64,000 nucleotides of DNA from an uncultured Pseudomonadota bacterium (GCA_963698375.1 CAVOQN010000006.1:235854-299853); one strand, 5' to 3'; numbered from the stretch's first letter, positions 1 to 10,264 are shown. Numbers and translations are program-made. The notes: generated by a model from the sequence alone, not told the origin.

Positions 1-119
1 TGGCCGTGCCCGGCATGCCGAACGGCTCTCCCGGCATGAATCAGCCCGGACCCAAGGATCGCTATAACGTCATCAGCTTCGACAAGCAGGGCAACACGGC
101 GGTCTATTCACGACACTAG
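1..119 (+). CDS. C-terminal fragment of a DUF411-type periplasmic metal-binding protein (5' end lies outside the window)
   Basis: The frame is open from the window edge and ends AVPGMPNGSPGMNQPGPKDRYNVISFDKQGNTAVYSRH*. This resembles the conserved AVPGMPxGSPGM tail of DUF411/CopG-like proteins. Confidence 0.5.
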   Translation, partial: AVPGMPNGSPGMNQPGPKDRYNVISFDKQGNTAVYSRH

Positions 120-142
120 CAGTAATCCGGGGCTGGCGTTCG

Positions 143-1270
143 CTAGCCCAGCGGATTCTCCTGGAATTGCTGCTGGATGCGTTCCACCTCTTCGCGGCTC
201 TCGATCAGCGCGTTCACACATTCGGCATCGAGCTTTTCCCCTGCCATGCGATTCAGCAGCGCAAACGCGTCATCGTTGGTCCAGGCATCCTTGTAGGGAC
301 GCCGGCTGGTGAGGGCATCGAAGATATCAGCGACTGCGACAATACGGGCCTCGAGCGGGATCTCTGCACCCTTGAGACCGGCCGGATACCCCTGGCCATC
401 TATTGACTCATGATGGTATTCGGCGATGTTGCGCAGAATGTTGATCTGTTGCATGCCATCCAGGCCGAAGTTGGCCAGTACATCATCGATGATTTGCCGT
501 CCCTTGCGGGAGTGGGTGCGCATGATATTGCACTCGTTCATGTCCAACGGGCCCGGTTTGAACAGGATGCGGTCCGGGATCGCGATTTTTCCGATATCGT
601 GCAGTGGTGAATACATGAACACATGCTCGATGTACGCGTCATCCAGATGGTGGCGCGTGGCCAGCACGCTGGCGATCAGCCGCGCATAGCGTGACATGCG
701 GTCGATGTGGCTGCCGGTTTCGGGATCGCGCAGGTGCGTAAAGTGTGAAGTGGTGGTGACGGCCGCCATCAGGGTACGTATGGTGGCCAGCTCGTTGACG
801 ACCATGAGCGACACCATGTGCCCGAAGATATCCAGCTGGTTCAGTGTAATGTCCGTGAATACATCGGGCTCGTACGAGTTGAAAAAAATGAAACCGAGAA
901 ACACGCTGTTGCTGAAGATCGGCATCGTGTAACTGGCGGCGTAACCCTGGCGTCCGATACGCTGGGTGTGTGCATGCTGTGGATTCTCGAAAGTCAGCAT
1001 GTTGTTAATGACCCGCGGTCGACCTTCCTTGATAATATTCTCAAGTGAAGGGGCATCGCTCAGCCGCGCGTGGTAATGCGAAAGCGGATCATCCTCACCG
1101 CTGCTGTGCAGGTAGGTTTTAAGCAGTGTGGTCTTTGGGTCGTACAGGGCTATGGCGATACGCGCGATGCACGGAATCTGTTTCTGCACAACCTGATGGG
1201 TCCGGATGAGCTTGTCGCGCAGCGGAAGATTGCTGTTTAGTGTTTCAAGGGCGTCCCTGTGCTTTTCCAT
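143..1270 (-). CDS. HD-GYP domain cyclic-di-GMP phosphodiesterase with an N-terminal GAF-like sensor region
   Basis: 375-aa ORF with HDIGKIAIP and HHESIDGQGYP motifs (HD plus GYP signatures). Confidence 0.9.
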   Translation of the reverse strand: MEKHRDALETLNSNLPLRDKLIRTHQVVQKQIPCIARIAIALYDPKTTLLKTYLHSSGEDDPLSHYHARLSDAPSLENIIKEGRPRVINNMLTFENPQHAHTQRIGRQGYAASYTMPIFSNSVFLGFIFFNSYEPDVFTDITLNQLDIFGHMVSLMVVNELATIRTLMAAVTTTSHFTHLRDPETGSHIDRMSRYARLIASVLATRHHLDDAYIEHVFMYSPLHDIGKIAIPDRILFKPGPLDMNECNIMRTHSRKGRQIIDDVLANFGLDGMQQINILRNIAEYHHESIDGQGYPAGLKGAEIPLEARIVAVADIFDALTSRRPYKDAWTNDDAFALLNRMAGEKLDAECVNALIESREEVERIQQQFQENPLG

Positions 1271-1430
1271 TTAGGCTACTGTTCCTGCTGAATATGAGTC
1301 CAGGTAGGTAATCAGTCTAATTATAAGTGGCATTTTTGTAATTGGTGAAAATTCTAATAAATCGGGTATGCAGTCCGGGTAGACGGGGTAATCTTGAATT
1401 ACCAGAGCATTTCACTTGAAGGTAACAATC

Positions 1431-1877
1431 ATGACGCACACTGCCAGTATCACGGTTACCCAAAAAGAGAATTACCAGTTCCTGGTGGATTTCGGTGCGG
1501 CGATACCTGTGCTGCTGGCTGATGAATCCGAACCGCTCGGTGCCGGTGAGGGTCCGTCACCGAGTCAACTGTTGCTGGCGGCTGTGGCCAACTGTCTGTC
1601 GTCAAGCCTCTACTTTGCACTGCAAAAGTTCAAACAGGATGCTGGTGGCATCACCACAACCGCCAGCGCGCGCGTCGACCGAAACGAGGAGAATCGGCTG
1701 CGGGTGCTGGACATCGCCGTAACCATCCGCTTGGGCAAGGCTGCAGCGGAGATCAACCATCTGGATCGCATTTTGGCGCAGTTCGAGCCGTTCTGTACCG
1801 TCACACAGAGTGTGCGCCACGGTATTCCGGTCAGTGTCGCTGTCGAGGATGGTCAGGGCATGCGTGTGCGCAACTAA
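1431..1877 (+). CDS. OsmC/Ohr family peroxiredoxin-like protein
   Basis: The ORF carries GPSPSQLLLAAVANCLS and FCTVTQSV motifs typical of OsmC. The ATG at 1431 is in frame within the 1416 ORF. Confidence 0.8.
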   Translation: MTHTASITVTQKENYQFLVDFGAAIPVLLADESEPLGAGEGPSPSQLLLAAVANCLSSSLYFALQKFKQDAGGITTTASARVDRNEENRLRVLDIAVTIRLGKAAAEINHLDRILAQFEPFCTVTQSVRHGIPVSVAVEDGQGMRVRN

Positions 1878-2157
1878 GCGAAAAGAACAGCTCGCTGGCG
1901 GAGTAATTGATGGCACTAGTGATTTATTAGTTACTGCACGAATCAGAGTCCACTGCGTACTCGGGGCAGCATGAATTGCCACATTATTTTATTGGCATAT
2001 TTCCTTTAAATATCTTACCGGGCCCAGGGATATTGGAAATTTCCGCTTGTGGATTGCGCTTGATGACCCCAAAAAACGGTTAAGCGAATCGATATAATGT
2101 ATTGGCGGTCAGGTGCCGCCGCCGTACATTTTCCAACACGCCGTGGATTTAACTCAA

Positions 2158-3763
2158 ATGGCCGGATTTCCGTTGCGTACTCTGATTGTGGTGCTCGGAC
2201 TGTGCTGCGCGCCTGTGTCAGCTGCAGCCGACGTCTTGAGTGACGCGCTGGTGGCTATGTTGCAGGTGCCGACGGTGAACTGTGGCACGGCGTGGCTCGA
2301 TCGCCAACAACTCGTTCCCTACTATGCCGCAACTGAGACGGTGCCACTCTGGGTTAGCAAGCATGGAGTCGGCGCGCGCGCACAACTTCTGCGGACAGCG
2401 CTCCAAAACGCCGGGCAGGAAGGCCTGTTACCGACGCACTACCGGATTGACGACATCGAGGCATACTGGTCCGCAACCACGCCCGCTGCGCAGGCCTGTC
2501 TCGATCTGTTACTAACGGCAGGATTCGATCGGTATAGCCGTGATGTGCACCGCGGCTTGGTCGATCCGCAACAGGCCGACCCGAGTTGGCAGCTGCAGCC
2601 GCCGCCTTTCGATCCGGTCACTACGTTGCAAGCCGTCGGCACCGACAGAGATCTGGCCACGCTGCTTGATAATTTACCGCCTGTGCACACCATGTACGCG
2701 CGACTGCGCACGACGCTCGCCCGTTACCGGCGGTTGGCCGAACAGGGCGGCTGGCCGCCGTTGCCGCCGGGGCCGAAGCTCGCGCTTGGTGATGAGCACG
2801 AGCAGGTTGCATTGCTGCGCGCCCGGCTGCGCAGCGAGCGCGACCTGCCTCTCCTCACACTGTCATTCGGCACACGTTACGACTTGCCACTGGCTGTGGC
2901 GGTAGAAAATTTTCAGCGCCGTCACGGTCTGACCGCCGATGGCATCGTCGGCCGGCGCACCCGTGCCGCGCTCAACGTGCCGGCTGCGCAGCGTGCCGCG
3001 CAGCTGCGTCGCGCCATGGAACGGTTGCGCTGGTTGCCGCGTGATCTGGGGAGTCACCATATTATGGTCAACACCGCCGCATTCGAACTGGTGGTGATCG
3101 AGGATGGCAAGACGGTGTTGCGCATGCGTACCATTAACGGTACACCCGATCAGGCTACGCCATCGTTCACTGCTACGCTGCAATCGCTGATTATCAACCC
3201 GTACTGGAATGTGCCGGAACGCATTGCACGCGAACGGCTGTGGCCGCGTGCGCAGGCCAGTCCGGACTATCTCTCGGCACGCGGCTTCCGCGTGTTTGAC
3301 ACCCGTAACGGCAACTGGCAGGAACTCGACCCGGCGCGCCTCGACTGGACGAAGATCAATGGCAATGGCTCCGGCGTACGCCTGCGCCAGGAGCCGGGCC
3401 CGGCCAATCTCATGGGCCGGTTGTCGTTTGTACTGCCCAATCCGTTTGACGTGTTCCTGCACGACACACCGGATCGCGCATTGTTCGAGCGTGACACGCG
3501 CACTTTCAGCGAGGGTTGTGTGCGCATCGAGAATGCCGATGGCGCTGGCGTTGCGCACGCTGCGCCGCACGCCGGAGTGGACAGAGGCGCGCATTCAGGA
3601 AGAGATTGATGCGCTGCACCACAGAAACCTGCGCTTGCCGGAACCTATTCCGGTATACGTACTCTATTTACCGAGTTGGGTGGATGATGTTGGACGCGCG
3701 CAGTTCCGCGATGACGTCTACAGTCGCGAATCGGTGCTGGTCAGCTACTACCCGGGGAATTGA
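2158..3763 (+). pseudogene. ldtD: L,D-transpeptidase of the YcbB/LdtD family (signal peptide, PG-binding domain, YkuD domain), interrupted by one frameshift near 3535
   Basis: PG_binding motif FQRRHGLTADGIVGRRT. YkuD catalytic motif LHDTPDRALFERDTRTFSEGCVRIEN. The conserved C-terminus (PMALALRTL...PVYVLYLPSWVDDVGRAQFRDDVYSRE) continues in the +1 frame (ORF 3209..3763). Removing g at about 3535 restores GCVRIENP. Confidence 0.85.
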
Positions 3764-3922
3764 CGAGCGGTGCAGTGTGCGCGATGAGTACGGCGCGGCT
3801 GCAGCGCGCTTTCACCCGCTGTCGGGCTAAACTGTGTGTACAGCTGGATGGTTGGGTCGAATTATTCGCGTTTTGTTTCTTCGGGATAGTAATTTCCAAG
3901 ATATGGGGTAGGGCTGACGTTG

Positions 3923-4453
3923 ATGATGAATCGTAGGGATTTCCTGAAGTGGTCGTTGGCGAGCGGCACCGTGCTGGCCGGCGCAAGGTCTTGGGCGCAG
4001 AGCCAACCAGCTGAACGCCGCCTGAAACTTTTCAATACCCATACCGGCGAGCAGCTTGCCGCGACTTTCTGGGCCAATGGCCAGTATCAGGAGGGGGAGC
4101 TTGTGGCAATCGACCGGCTGCTGCGCGATCACCGCAGTGGCGATGTTTTTACCATCGACCGGCGGCTGTACGACATACTGTACGCCCTGCAACAGCGCCT
4201 CGATGCGCGGGGTACATACGAAGTCATTTCCGGCTATCGCTCACCGGCCACCAATAAAATGTTGCGTCGCCACGGCAACGGCGTCGCCCGCGACAGCCTG
4301 CACACCCACGGTCAGGCGATCGACGTCCGCCTGACCGGTATCGCGCTCGCCGATCTGCGCCATGCTGCGCTCGGACTGCGCGCTGGCGGTGTCGGTAATT
4401 ATCCAAGTTCGAATTTCATCCACCTCGACACCGGACGGGTACGCGCCTGGTAA
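3923..4453 (+). CDS. mepK: DUF882/peptidase M15A murein endopeptidase (YcbK/MepK-like) with a Tat signal
   Basis: Twin-arginine leader MNRRDFLKWSLASG. SGYRSPATN and HTHGQAIDV motifs. It sits directly downstream of the ycbB homologue, as in E. coli. Confidence 0.8.
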   Translation: MMNRRDFLKWSLASGTVLAGARSWAQSQPAERRLKLFNTHTGEQLAATFWANGQYQEGELVAIDRLLRDHRSGDVFTIDRRLYDILYALQQRLDARGTYEVISGYRSPATNKMLRRHGNGVARDSLHTHGQAIDVRLTGIALADLRHAALGLRAGGVGNYPSSNFIHLDTGRVRAW

Positions 4454-4498
4454 TGCCGGCACGCGTGCAGCGTATCGAATCCGAGAACGTCGCACGAC

Positions 4499-4756
4499 TC
4501 ATGGCAGCAGATGCCGACGCCATTCTTCAAGCAGTTTTTCCCGTGCTCCAGCGTCGGTGCGACAGGCCGCAAGCCAGCTTTCATCCACATTGAGTATCGA
4601 CGACTGCCAGCCGCTGTTCGGCGCGCACTCGACACGCACTTCCCAGTGATCGGTACGCGGCTCGACCTCGAACAGGTAGGCCGCAAGCCCGAGCTGTTCG
4701 AGTAGAGTCTGCACAGTATCGCGCGCCTCGGTGAGTTGTTTCTCGCTCAGTTGCAT
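4499..4756 (-). CDS. Small hypothetical protein (85 aa)
   Basis: ORF with a GGGAGG ribosome-binding site 8 nt upstream of the ATG at 4756. Codon bias is consistent with coding. No recognisable motif. Confidence 0.5.
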   Translation of the reverse strand: MQLSEKQLTEARDTVQTLLEQLGLAAYLFEVEPRTDHWEVRVECAPNSGWQSSILNVDESWLAACRTDAGAREKLLEEWRRHLLP

Positions 4757-4797
4757 GGGCCTTGCCTCCCGGCGCGGTTGCACCGACGGTTACTGAT

Positions 4798-5361
4798 TCA
4801 GTCGTAGCCGTACAGCCAGCGGGTGGTGCCGGCATACAGGTTGCGCACGGTGTGATTCACTCCACGCGGGATGTATAGCTCATCACCGGGTAACAGCTCC
4901 CAGTCCTCGTCATGCATGCGCACACCCAGCTGACCCTCGACGACCGTCACCAACTCGTCGGAGTCATGCACGAAGTCGCGCCATTCCTGCCCGGGCGGGT
5001 CAACGAATGCGCGGCACGAGAAACCACGCTTGATCCAGTCACGCGTCACTGCGGCCACATCAACCGGTTGTGCAAACTTGTGGCGAACCACGAACTCGTC
5101 GGTCTCGACCGTTGCCGGAACCAGCCCGGTCAGCATGCCGTGCAACCGGTCCTTGAGCAGTACACGCCGCCGCTTGAGTTCCTCGGTGTAATCGTCCGAC
5201 GGTGTCTCGATATCCTGTTCGATGCGATAGACTTCGTTATCGACCGACTGGTACTCGGCATACAAGTTGCGGAACGCCGGGCTTTCCAGCTTGAGTTCGT
5301 GGATGCGCGTCTTGAATTCAGGAAACTCCTGAGACAAATCGCGATGATGTGCGAGTTCCAC
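4798..5361 (-). CDS. DUF465 (YdcH-like) domain fused to a C-terminal cupin domain
   Basis: The N-terminal half (HHRDLSQEFPEFKTRIHELKLESPAFRNLYAEYQSVDNEVYRIE) is DUF465-like. The C-terminal half (ELVTVVEGQLGVRMHDEDWELLPGDELYIPRGVNHTV) is a cupin barrel. A likely GTG start at 5361 avoids overlap with the upstream gene. Confidence 0.7.
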   Translation of the reverse strand: MELAHHRDLSQEFPEFKTRIHELKLESPAFRNLYAEYQSVDNEVYRIEQDIETPSDDYTEELKRRRVLLKDRLHGMLTGLVPATVETDEFVVRHKFAQPVDVAAVTRDWIKRGFSCRAFVDPPGQEWRDFVHDSDELVTVVEGQLGVRMHDEDWELLPGDELYIPRGVNHTVRNLYAGTTRWLYGYD

Positions 5362-5389
5362 GGGTCGTCGGGATAGTAACGGGCTTCGG

Positions 5390-5893
5390 CTAGCGGCTCC
5401 AGGCCGCGCGCAACAGATCGCCCTCATCCGTGTAGTGAGTGTCGAGCTCACCTTGGTAGGCGTGATGCAGCGCCTCACCGATGCCGTGCGTCAGATGCGA
5501 ATCGGTTAAGGTCACCACGGTCCGGTCGGCTTCTTCCTTGACCGCTATAATGCGCTCGAGCGCATGTTGGGCGCGCGCCTTGGCTTCGGTGTTGCGCACC
5601 AGGTGCATGATTTCCTCGCGATGCTCGGTGAAGAACGGCCCGCTCAATGTGAGCTCGCCGGCCGGGACGCGGTCACGGATTCGCTGGCACGCCGGGCAGA
5701 GATGCTGCTCCGCGTCCGGCATGGCCGTGCCCCACTGCCAGTGGCCATGCTGAAAGATAGCGCCGCATTCCGGACAAGTGGTCGGTTCCTTCCATTTGCC
5801 ACGGCTTCGGTACGGATCGCTGACGTGTTCTTCGGGCATACGGTCGCGGCGTGGTTGATGGCTGACGTCACTTCGATTCTTCCGGCCGGTCAT
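5390..5893 (-). CDS. BCAM0308-family protein (two CxxC zinc-ribbon-like pairs)
   Basis: Contains CPECGAIFQHGHWQW and CPACQRIRDRVPAGELTL, followed by a conserved HREEIMHLVRNTE block. I assigned the family from memory of this pattern. Confidence 0.6.
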   Translation of the reverse strand: MTGRKNRSDVSHQPRRDRMPEEHVSDPYRSRGKWKEPTTCPECGAIFQHGHWQWGTAMPDAEQHLCPACQRIRDRVPAGELTLSGPFFTEHREEIMHLVRNTEAKARAQHALERIIAVKEEADRTVVTLTDSHLTHGIGEALHHAYQGELDTHYTDEGDLLRAAWSR

Positions 5894-6172
5894 GGAAAAC
5901 CCCCTGTGTGTTGCCATATAAATATTTACATTCACTCTAGCGAAAACATGCCACTTACTACCTTGATCAGGATCAAAGTGGCATCCCTCAGGTCGAATTC
6001 TTCAACAAAATCCAGCACATCGCAGAATGGCGAGCCCTCATTCAGTGTCGTCTGGCTCTATGACTGGATTCAGCAAACCTGAAAATTCAATGTCGTGCAG
6101 GGAGAAGGACCCTGGTGTCAGGCAAGTCAGATAAAACGGACTACACTGAACAACGATGATTCTGACTTCACC

Positions 6173-6889
6173 ATGGCAATTCAGCACGGCGAGCTATCAC
6201 GATCCGCAAGCGGGCGTGGACTGCACCGCACCATTGATTTGGCGCTGACAGCCATGCGAGTGGAATTCATGCGTGTCGCCGGACTGGCCGTAATCGTTCT
6301 CTTTGGCCTGGTTGCCGTGGAAGTGTCCTTGTTGGCAGCTGTCGCCGGCAGCGGACCGAACGAGGTGTCGGTCCCGCTGGTAGAGCAGCTGTCTATGTTA
6401 GCCACGTTATGGCAATCGAACTTGAAGGCGGCGCTACCGCTGATTGCACAAACTCCGGTGTTTGTGATTGCGCGTCAGGAATCCGTTGCCAGCTTACAGA
6501 CCTGGGGCCTCTATTTTTTTCCGTTCACGTGTGTCGTCCATCTGGCTATCGCCGTTGTCGTGGCGTGGCAGCTGCGCAGATCATCGGATCAGCCACGGCG
6601 TCTGCTGTGGCTGGCAACGGGCGGCGTGGTGCTCGCCTTCGCCATCACGTATGCACGCTCTGCAATCTGTTGCACGGGTGGCCCGCGCTGGGCCCTGGAA
6701 TTAGGGCTCTATGCACTTGCATTTGACCCGACACCTTCTATGGTCGATTGGTCGGCGATATACATGCGCGTAGGAATGTTGATCCCATTTTTCCAGCTAG
6801 CCATCGGCTTGGCCGGCATCGCATGCATCATTGTGGCCACGCTTAATAATAAAAAGACCGGACTGAGTCGCAATGACTTGACCCGTTAA
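6173..6889 (+). CDS. Hypothetical polytopic membrane protein
   Basis: The ORF has about 6 hydrophobic segments. The start is uncertain (6095, 6173 or a later Met). Confidence 0.5.
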   Translation: MAIQHGELSRSASGRGLHRTIDLALTAMRVEFMRVAGLAVIVLFGLVAVEVSLLAAVAGSGPNEVSVPLVEQLSMLATLWQSNLKAALPLIAQTPVFVIARQESVASLQTWGLYFFPFTCVVHLAIAVVVAWQLRRSSDQPRRLLWLATGGVVLAFAITYARSAICCTGGPRWALELGLYALAFDPTPSMVDWSAIYMRVGMLIPFFQLAIGLAGIACIIVATLNNKKTGLSRNDLTR

Positions 6890-6994
6890 GCCAAAGAGAG
6901 ACTTGTTGCCTGCGCATCAGGCAGCGTGTGTTGCGAACATGTCAGCAAGACACCCACCCTTTATGGTTTCTCAGACAAAATTTCCATCCGAAGT

Positions 6995-7750
6995 CTATTG
7001 CACGCTATAGCCACGTGCTTCGAGGCAGGCCTTCATGGCGCGATGATAATCAGCCCGCTTTGTGGCGTGCTGTGCTTCCGATACATTCCCGCCCGGCCGG
7101 GTTGGATCGAATCCGGTCTGCTCCACTGCCCAGCTGTGGCACTCGAAACGGTCAGTCGCCTGCTTCTGTTCGCTTTGTCCTTTCATTGGGTAGATAAACA
7201 ATTGGTCCGGTGTCGCCGGTTCTTCGCGGACTTCGGTTTCCGGCGGTGGTTCCGAGACGACATAGGAATTTTGTTCTGGTCGCCAGACATAGTATATGCC
7301 GCCGGCGTAATAGTACGGATAGCCACCGACCCAGATGGTGGTATAGAACGGCGGCAGAAATGGCACGATCAGACCCACAGGAGGCAAAACGACAACGAAA
7401 CGTGATCCAGAGGGCCGGTACCACACGCCGCCATGGTAGTAATATCTCGTACCGTGGTATGGAACGACGCGGTGCCCCCGCGGCAAAACCGGCACGGCGT
7501 AGCCGCGCGGCGGATAGTAACGGTCATGCCGGTAACGGTTGTCGTACACATAACCGGACGGGTGTTTGATGACCTGGTTTCGATGACCGCTGTCGTGGCG
7601 CTGCGGCGCGCGTTGCTCGGTTGAGTGCCGGGGCTTTTCTTTCCGACCGCGATCATCGTCACCATCACGATCGGCCCACACCGGAACTGTGGCACAGGAC
7701 AGCACAATAGCCAGGGCCGACACGGTGCTTAGTAGGCGATGAATCATCAT
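6995..7750 (-). CDS. Lipoprotein with a Tyr/Gly/Pro-rich DUF6515-like region and a C-terminal Cys-containing domain shared with the next gene
   Basis: Lipobox AIVLSC. Contains YYYHGGVWYRPSG...GGYPYYYAGGIYYVW. C-terminal block FIYPMKGQSEQKQATDRFECHSWAVEQTGFDP...YHRAMKACLEARGYSV. Confidence 0.7.
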   Translation of the reverse strand: MMIHRLLSTVSALAIVLSCATVPVWADRDGDDDRGRKEKPRHSTEQRAPQRHDSGHRNQVIKHPSGYVYDNRYRHDRYYPPRGYAVPVLPRGHRVVPYHGTRYYYHGGVWYRPSGSRFVVVLPPVGLIVPFLPPFYTTIWVGGYPYYYAGGIYYVWRPEQNSYVVSEPPPETEVREEPATPDQLFIYPMKGQSEQKQATDRFECHSWAVEQTGFDPTRPGGNVSEAQHATKRADYHRAMKACLEARGYSVQ

Positions 7751-7798
7751 GAGTTTTCTCCTTACCTAATCAATATCAGCGAGAAGTGGGTGTCCAGT

Positions 7799-8398
7799 TC
7801 AATGGACGGTGTAGCCGCGTCCTTCGAGACAAGCGGCCATGGCGCGACGATAGCTGTCGGCCTGTTGTTCGAGGCGGGCCATGCGTCGCACCTGTTGCTG
7901 GTCATAGTGCTGCTGGACGCGTTCGGCCTGTTCCTGTCGTGACGCGTCTGAGGCAGCGCCGAGCACGGCGCCTGCGACGGCACCGACAGCAGCACCTTCG
8001 ACGCTCCGGCTCGGTGGCGATACAACGGCGCCGATAACGGCGCCGGTCACGGCGCCGGCAGCTGTGTCGCGACTCGGGGGGGCTGTGGGTATGACCCGCA
8101 CGCGCTGATGGGGTGCAAGCCCCGGCGCACTCGGATCGAAACCAGTCTGCTTCTTGGCCCAGAGGTAACATTCATAACGGTCGCGATCCTGCTGTGCCGC
8201 GCTCTGGCCTTTGGTGGGGTAGAAATAAACCTCGGTGGATGGCGGTGGCGCCGCAGGAACCGGTTCGGCCGGTGCGGGTGGCCGTGATGCACACGCCGCG
8301 AGCGTCAGGGCCGTAACAATTGCCAGCCAACGAAACGCACCCGAATTGGGTGATGAACAGTGTCCCACGTGTTGTTCCCTGTCTGTCGATCTCAACAT
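7799..8398 (-). CDS. Lipoprotein with the same Cys-containing domain split around a glycine-zipper segment
   Basis: Lipobox LTLAAC. Contains YFYPTKGQSAAQQDRDRYECYLWAKKQTGFDP, the glycine zipper GAVTGAVIGAVV...GAAVGAVAGAVLGA, and a C-terminal YRRAMAACLEGRGYTV. Confidence 0.7.
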   Translation of the reverse strand: MLRSTDREQHVGHCSSPNSGAFRWLAIVTALTLAACASRPPAPAEPVPAAPPPSTEVYFYPTKGQSAAQQDRDRYECYLWAKKQTGFDPSAPGLAPHQRVRVIPTAPPSRDTAAGAVTGAVIGAVVSPPSRSVEGAAVGAVAGAVLGAASDASRQEQAERVQQHYDQQQVRRMARLEQQADSYRRAMAACLEGRGYTVH

Positions 8399-8701
8399 GC
8401 AATCCTTCCTCCCGCGTCATGCGCCCGCACCCTGTATAACGCAGATGTTGCCTGTTGGTTGACAGCCATTCTTTGCCGTATGTCAGTTTTTCCCGTAAAA
8501 AGTTCATATGGCGCGTACTGACCCGACACCTTGGGCGGTATTGGAACAGCCATGGACAGGCTGCTGCATGCAGAATGCCGTGCGTGGTTTTCACCACGCA
8601 GCAGATGCCACAGGCCGGCGACGCCGCGAAAACACTATATTGAGGAGGTTTGTAATAGTCATAATACGGCCTCGTCACGACAAGGTGTCAGCTCCAAGGC
8701 C

Positions 8702-9340
8702 ATGACGAAACAAAACTACAGCGTTCCTTTGATGCTACTGGCCTTGTATGGGCTGGTATTTGCCGTGTGCGCGATTTCACCGTATGACCGGACAGTGTGG
8801 TGGGCAGAGAATATTCCGGTGCTGGTGGTGGTTTCGCTATTGGTAGTGATTTCGCGCGGATTCCGTTTTTCCAACACCAGCTATATGTTGATGACAGTCT
8901 TTATCATTCTTCACACCATTGGCGGCCATTACACGTTTGAGCGAGTGCCGTTTGATGCGGTATCACAGTTATTTGGCTTCGGGCGCAACCACTACGACCG
9001 CGTGGCGCATTTTTCGGTGGGCTTTTATGCTTTCCCGATTGCCGAGGTCTTGATGGTCAAGCGGCTGGTGCACACCCGCTGGATTGTCGCCTTGTTCCCC
9101 GTGTTTGCGATCGCCACCGTTGCCGGCGCCTACGAAATAGTCGAGTGGCAATACGCGCTGAACTCGGATCCGGCGGCTGGCATCGCAGTGCTGGGATCAC
9201 AGGGCGACATCTGGGATGCCCAGAAGGATATTCTCGCCGACACCCTGGGCGCAATGCTGGTGATGGTTCTGTTCTTTATTCTGCACAAGGACGAGCTGAA
9301 GACATTGCGAAAAGGTCAAGCTACAAGCAATTCAGTATGA
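8702..9340 (+). CDS. DUF2238 (YjdF-like) inner-membrane protein
   Basis: Contains HTIGGHYTFERVPF and NHYDRVAHFSVGF blocks plus multiple TM helices. ATG at 8702. Confidence 0.75.
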   Translation: MTKQNYSVPLMLLALYGLVFAVCAISPYDRTVWWAENIPVLVVVSLLVVISRGFRFSNTSYMLMTVFIILHTIGGHYTFERVPFDAVSQLFGFGRNHYDRVAHFSVGFYAFPIAEVLMVKRLVHTRWIVALFPVFAIATVAGAYEIVEWQYALNSDPAAGIAVLGSQGDIWDAQKDILADTLGAMLVMVLFFILHKDELKTLRKGQATSNSV

Positions 9341-9382
9341 ATCCTTTTTCAACCGAGTTGTGTCATCCGCGATGTCCTAATG

Positions 9383-10264
9383 CTAGAAATGAATCTTGCG
9401 TTCGGATGTGAACTCCATGAGTTTACCAGTGACCGGGTCTTGAAGCCGTATCTGTTTGGCAAGAAGCTGGAGCGGACTGGAAAAGTCGTCGTCTTGTTCC
9501 GGAAGCAGGTTCGGGTAGACACGGTCATTGAGGATCCGGAATCCCAGACTGCTCATGTGCAGGCGCAGTTGGTGGGTTTTTCCGGTCAGCGGGCTCAATT
9601 CAAAAAGTCCGCGGTTACTTTTCGTATCCAGAAGCTGGATGGCGGAGCGGGCATTTACGGTTCCCGGTACGACCTGCATTTTGAAGCGCGGCTCTCCGCG
9701 AACGATTCTGTTTTCGATAATCCACCGGTTTGATTGCGGCGGGAGTACCATGTCGGCCAAGGCGGAATAGGTCTTGGTGACTTTCCCCTGCATGAAGAGC
9801 TCATGATAAGTGCCGCGGGTTTTCCTGTTGACCGAGAACATGACTATGCCTGCTGTCTCGCGGTCGATACGGTGCAGCGGAGCCAGATCGACAATTCCCG
9901 TGCAGGCACGCAAACGGTTCAACAGGCATTCATTCACAAAACGACCACCCGGAATGACGGGCAGAAAATGCGGTTTGCAGGCAACCAGTATCTCGTCGTT
10001 TTGAAACAGGATGGATTCGGCGAAAGGAATGACGGGTTCGTTTTCGACTTCCCGAAAGTAGAATAAGCGTTTTGCTGGAACATATGCTGTGTCCGTGGCA
10101 ATCGGTTTGCCGTTGTCGTCCAGTACTTTTCCGTCTGTAATGCGTTGTGCCCAGGTTTCCCGGGTGATTCCCGGGAAGGTGTGTGCTAAAAAATCCAGTA
10201 TCGATGGATAAGGTTTCTCCACACCAGGCAGGGTCACAACGGACGGTGTATTGGATATGCCCAT
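9383..10264 (-). CDS. RluA-family pseudouridine synthase
   Basis: Catalytic motif HRIDRETAGIVMFS and downstream LTGKTHQLRLH. Confidence 0.85.
   Translation of the reverse strand: MGISNTPSVVTLPGVEKPYPSILDFLAHTFPGITRETWAQRITDGKVLDDNGKPIATDTAYVPAKRLFYFREVENEPVIPFAESILFQNDEILVACKPHFLPVIPGGRFVNECLLNRLRACTGIVDLAPLHRIDRETAGIVMFSVNRKTRGTYHELFMQGKVTKTYSALADMVLPPQSNRWIIENRIVRGEPRFKMQVVPGTVNARSAIQLLDTKSNRGLFELSPLTGKTHQLRLHMSSLGFRILNDRVYPNLLPEQDDDFSSPLQLLAKQIRLQDPVTGKLMEFTSERKIHF

Noticed and set aside
8399-8701. A 300-bp leader with a hairpin (TGCGTGG...CCACGCA) upstream of the YjdF-like gene, considered as a possible riboswitch
   Set aside because: Apart from one short stem I could not recognise any conserved riboswitch core by eye. 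It would need a covariance-model search before any claim.
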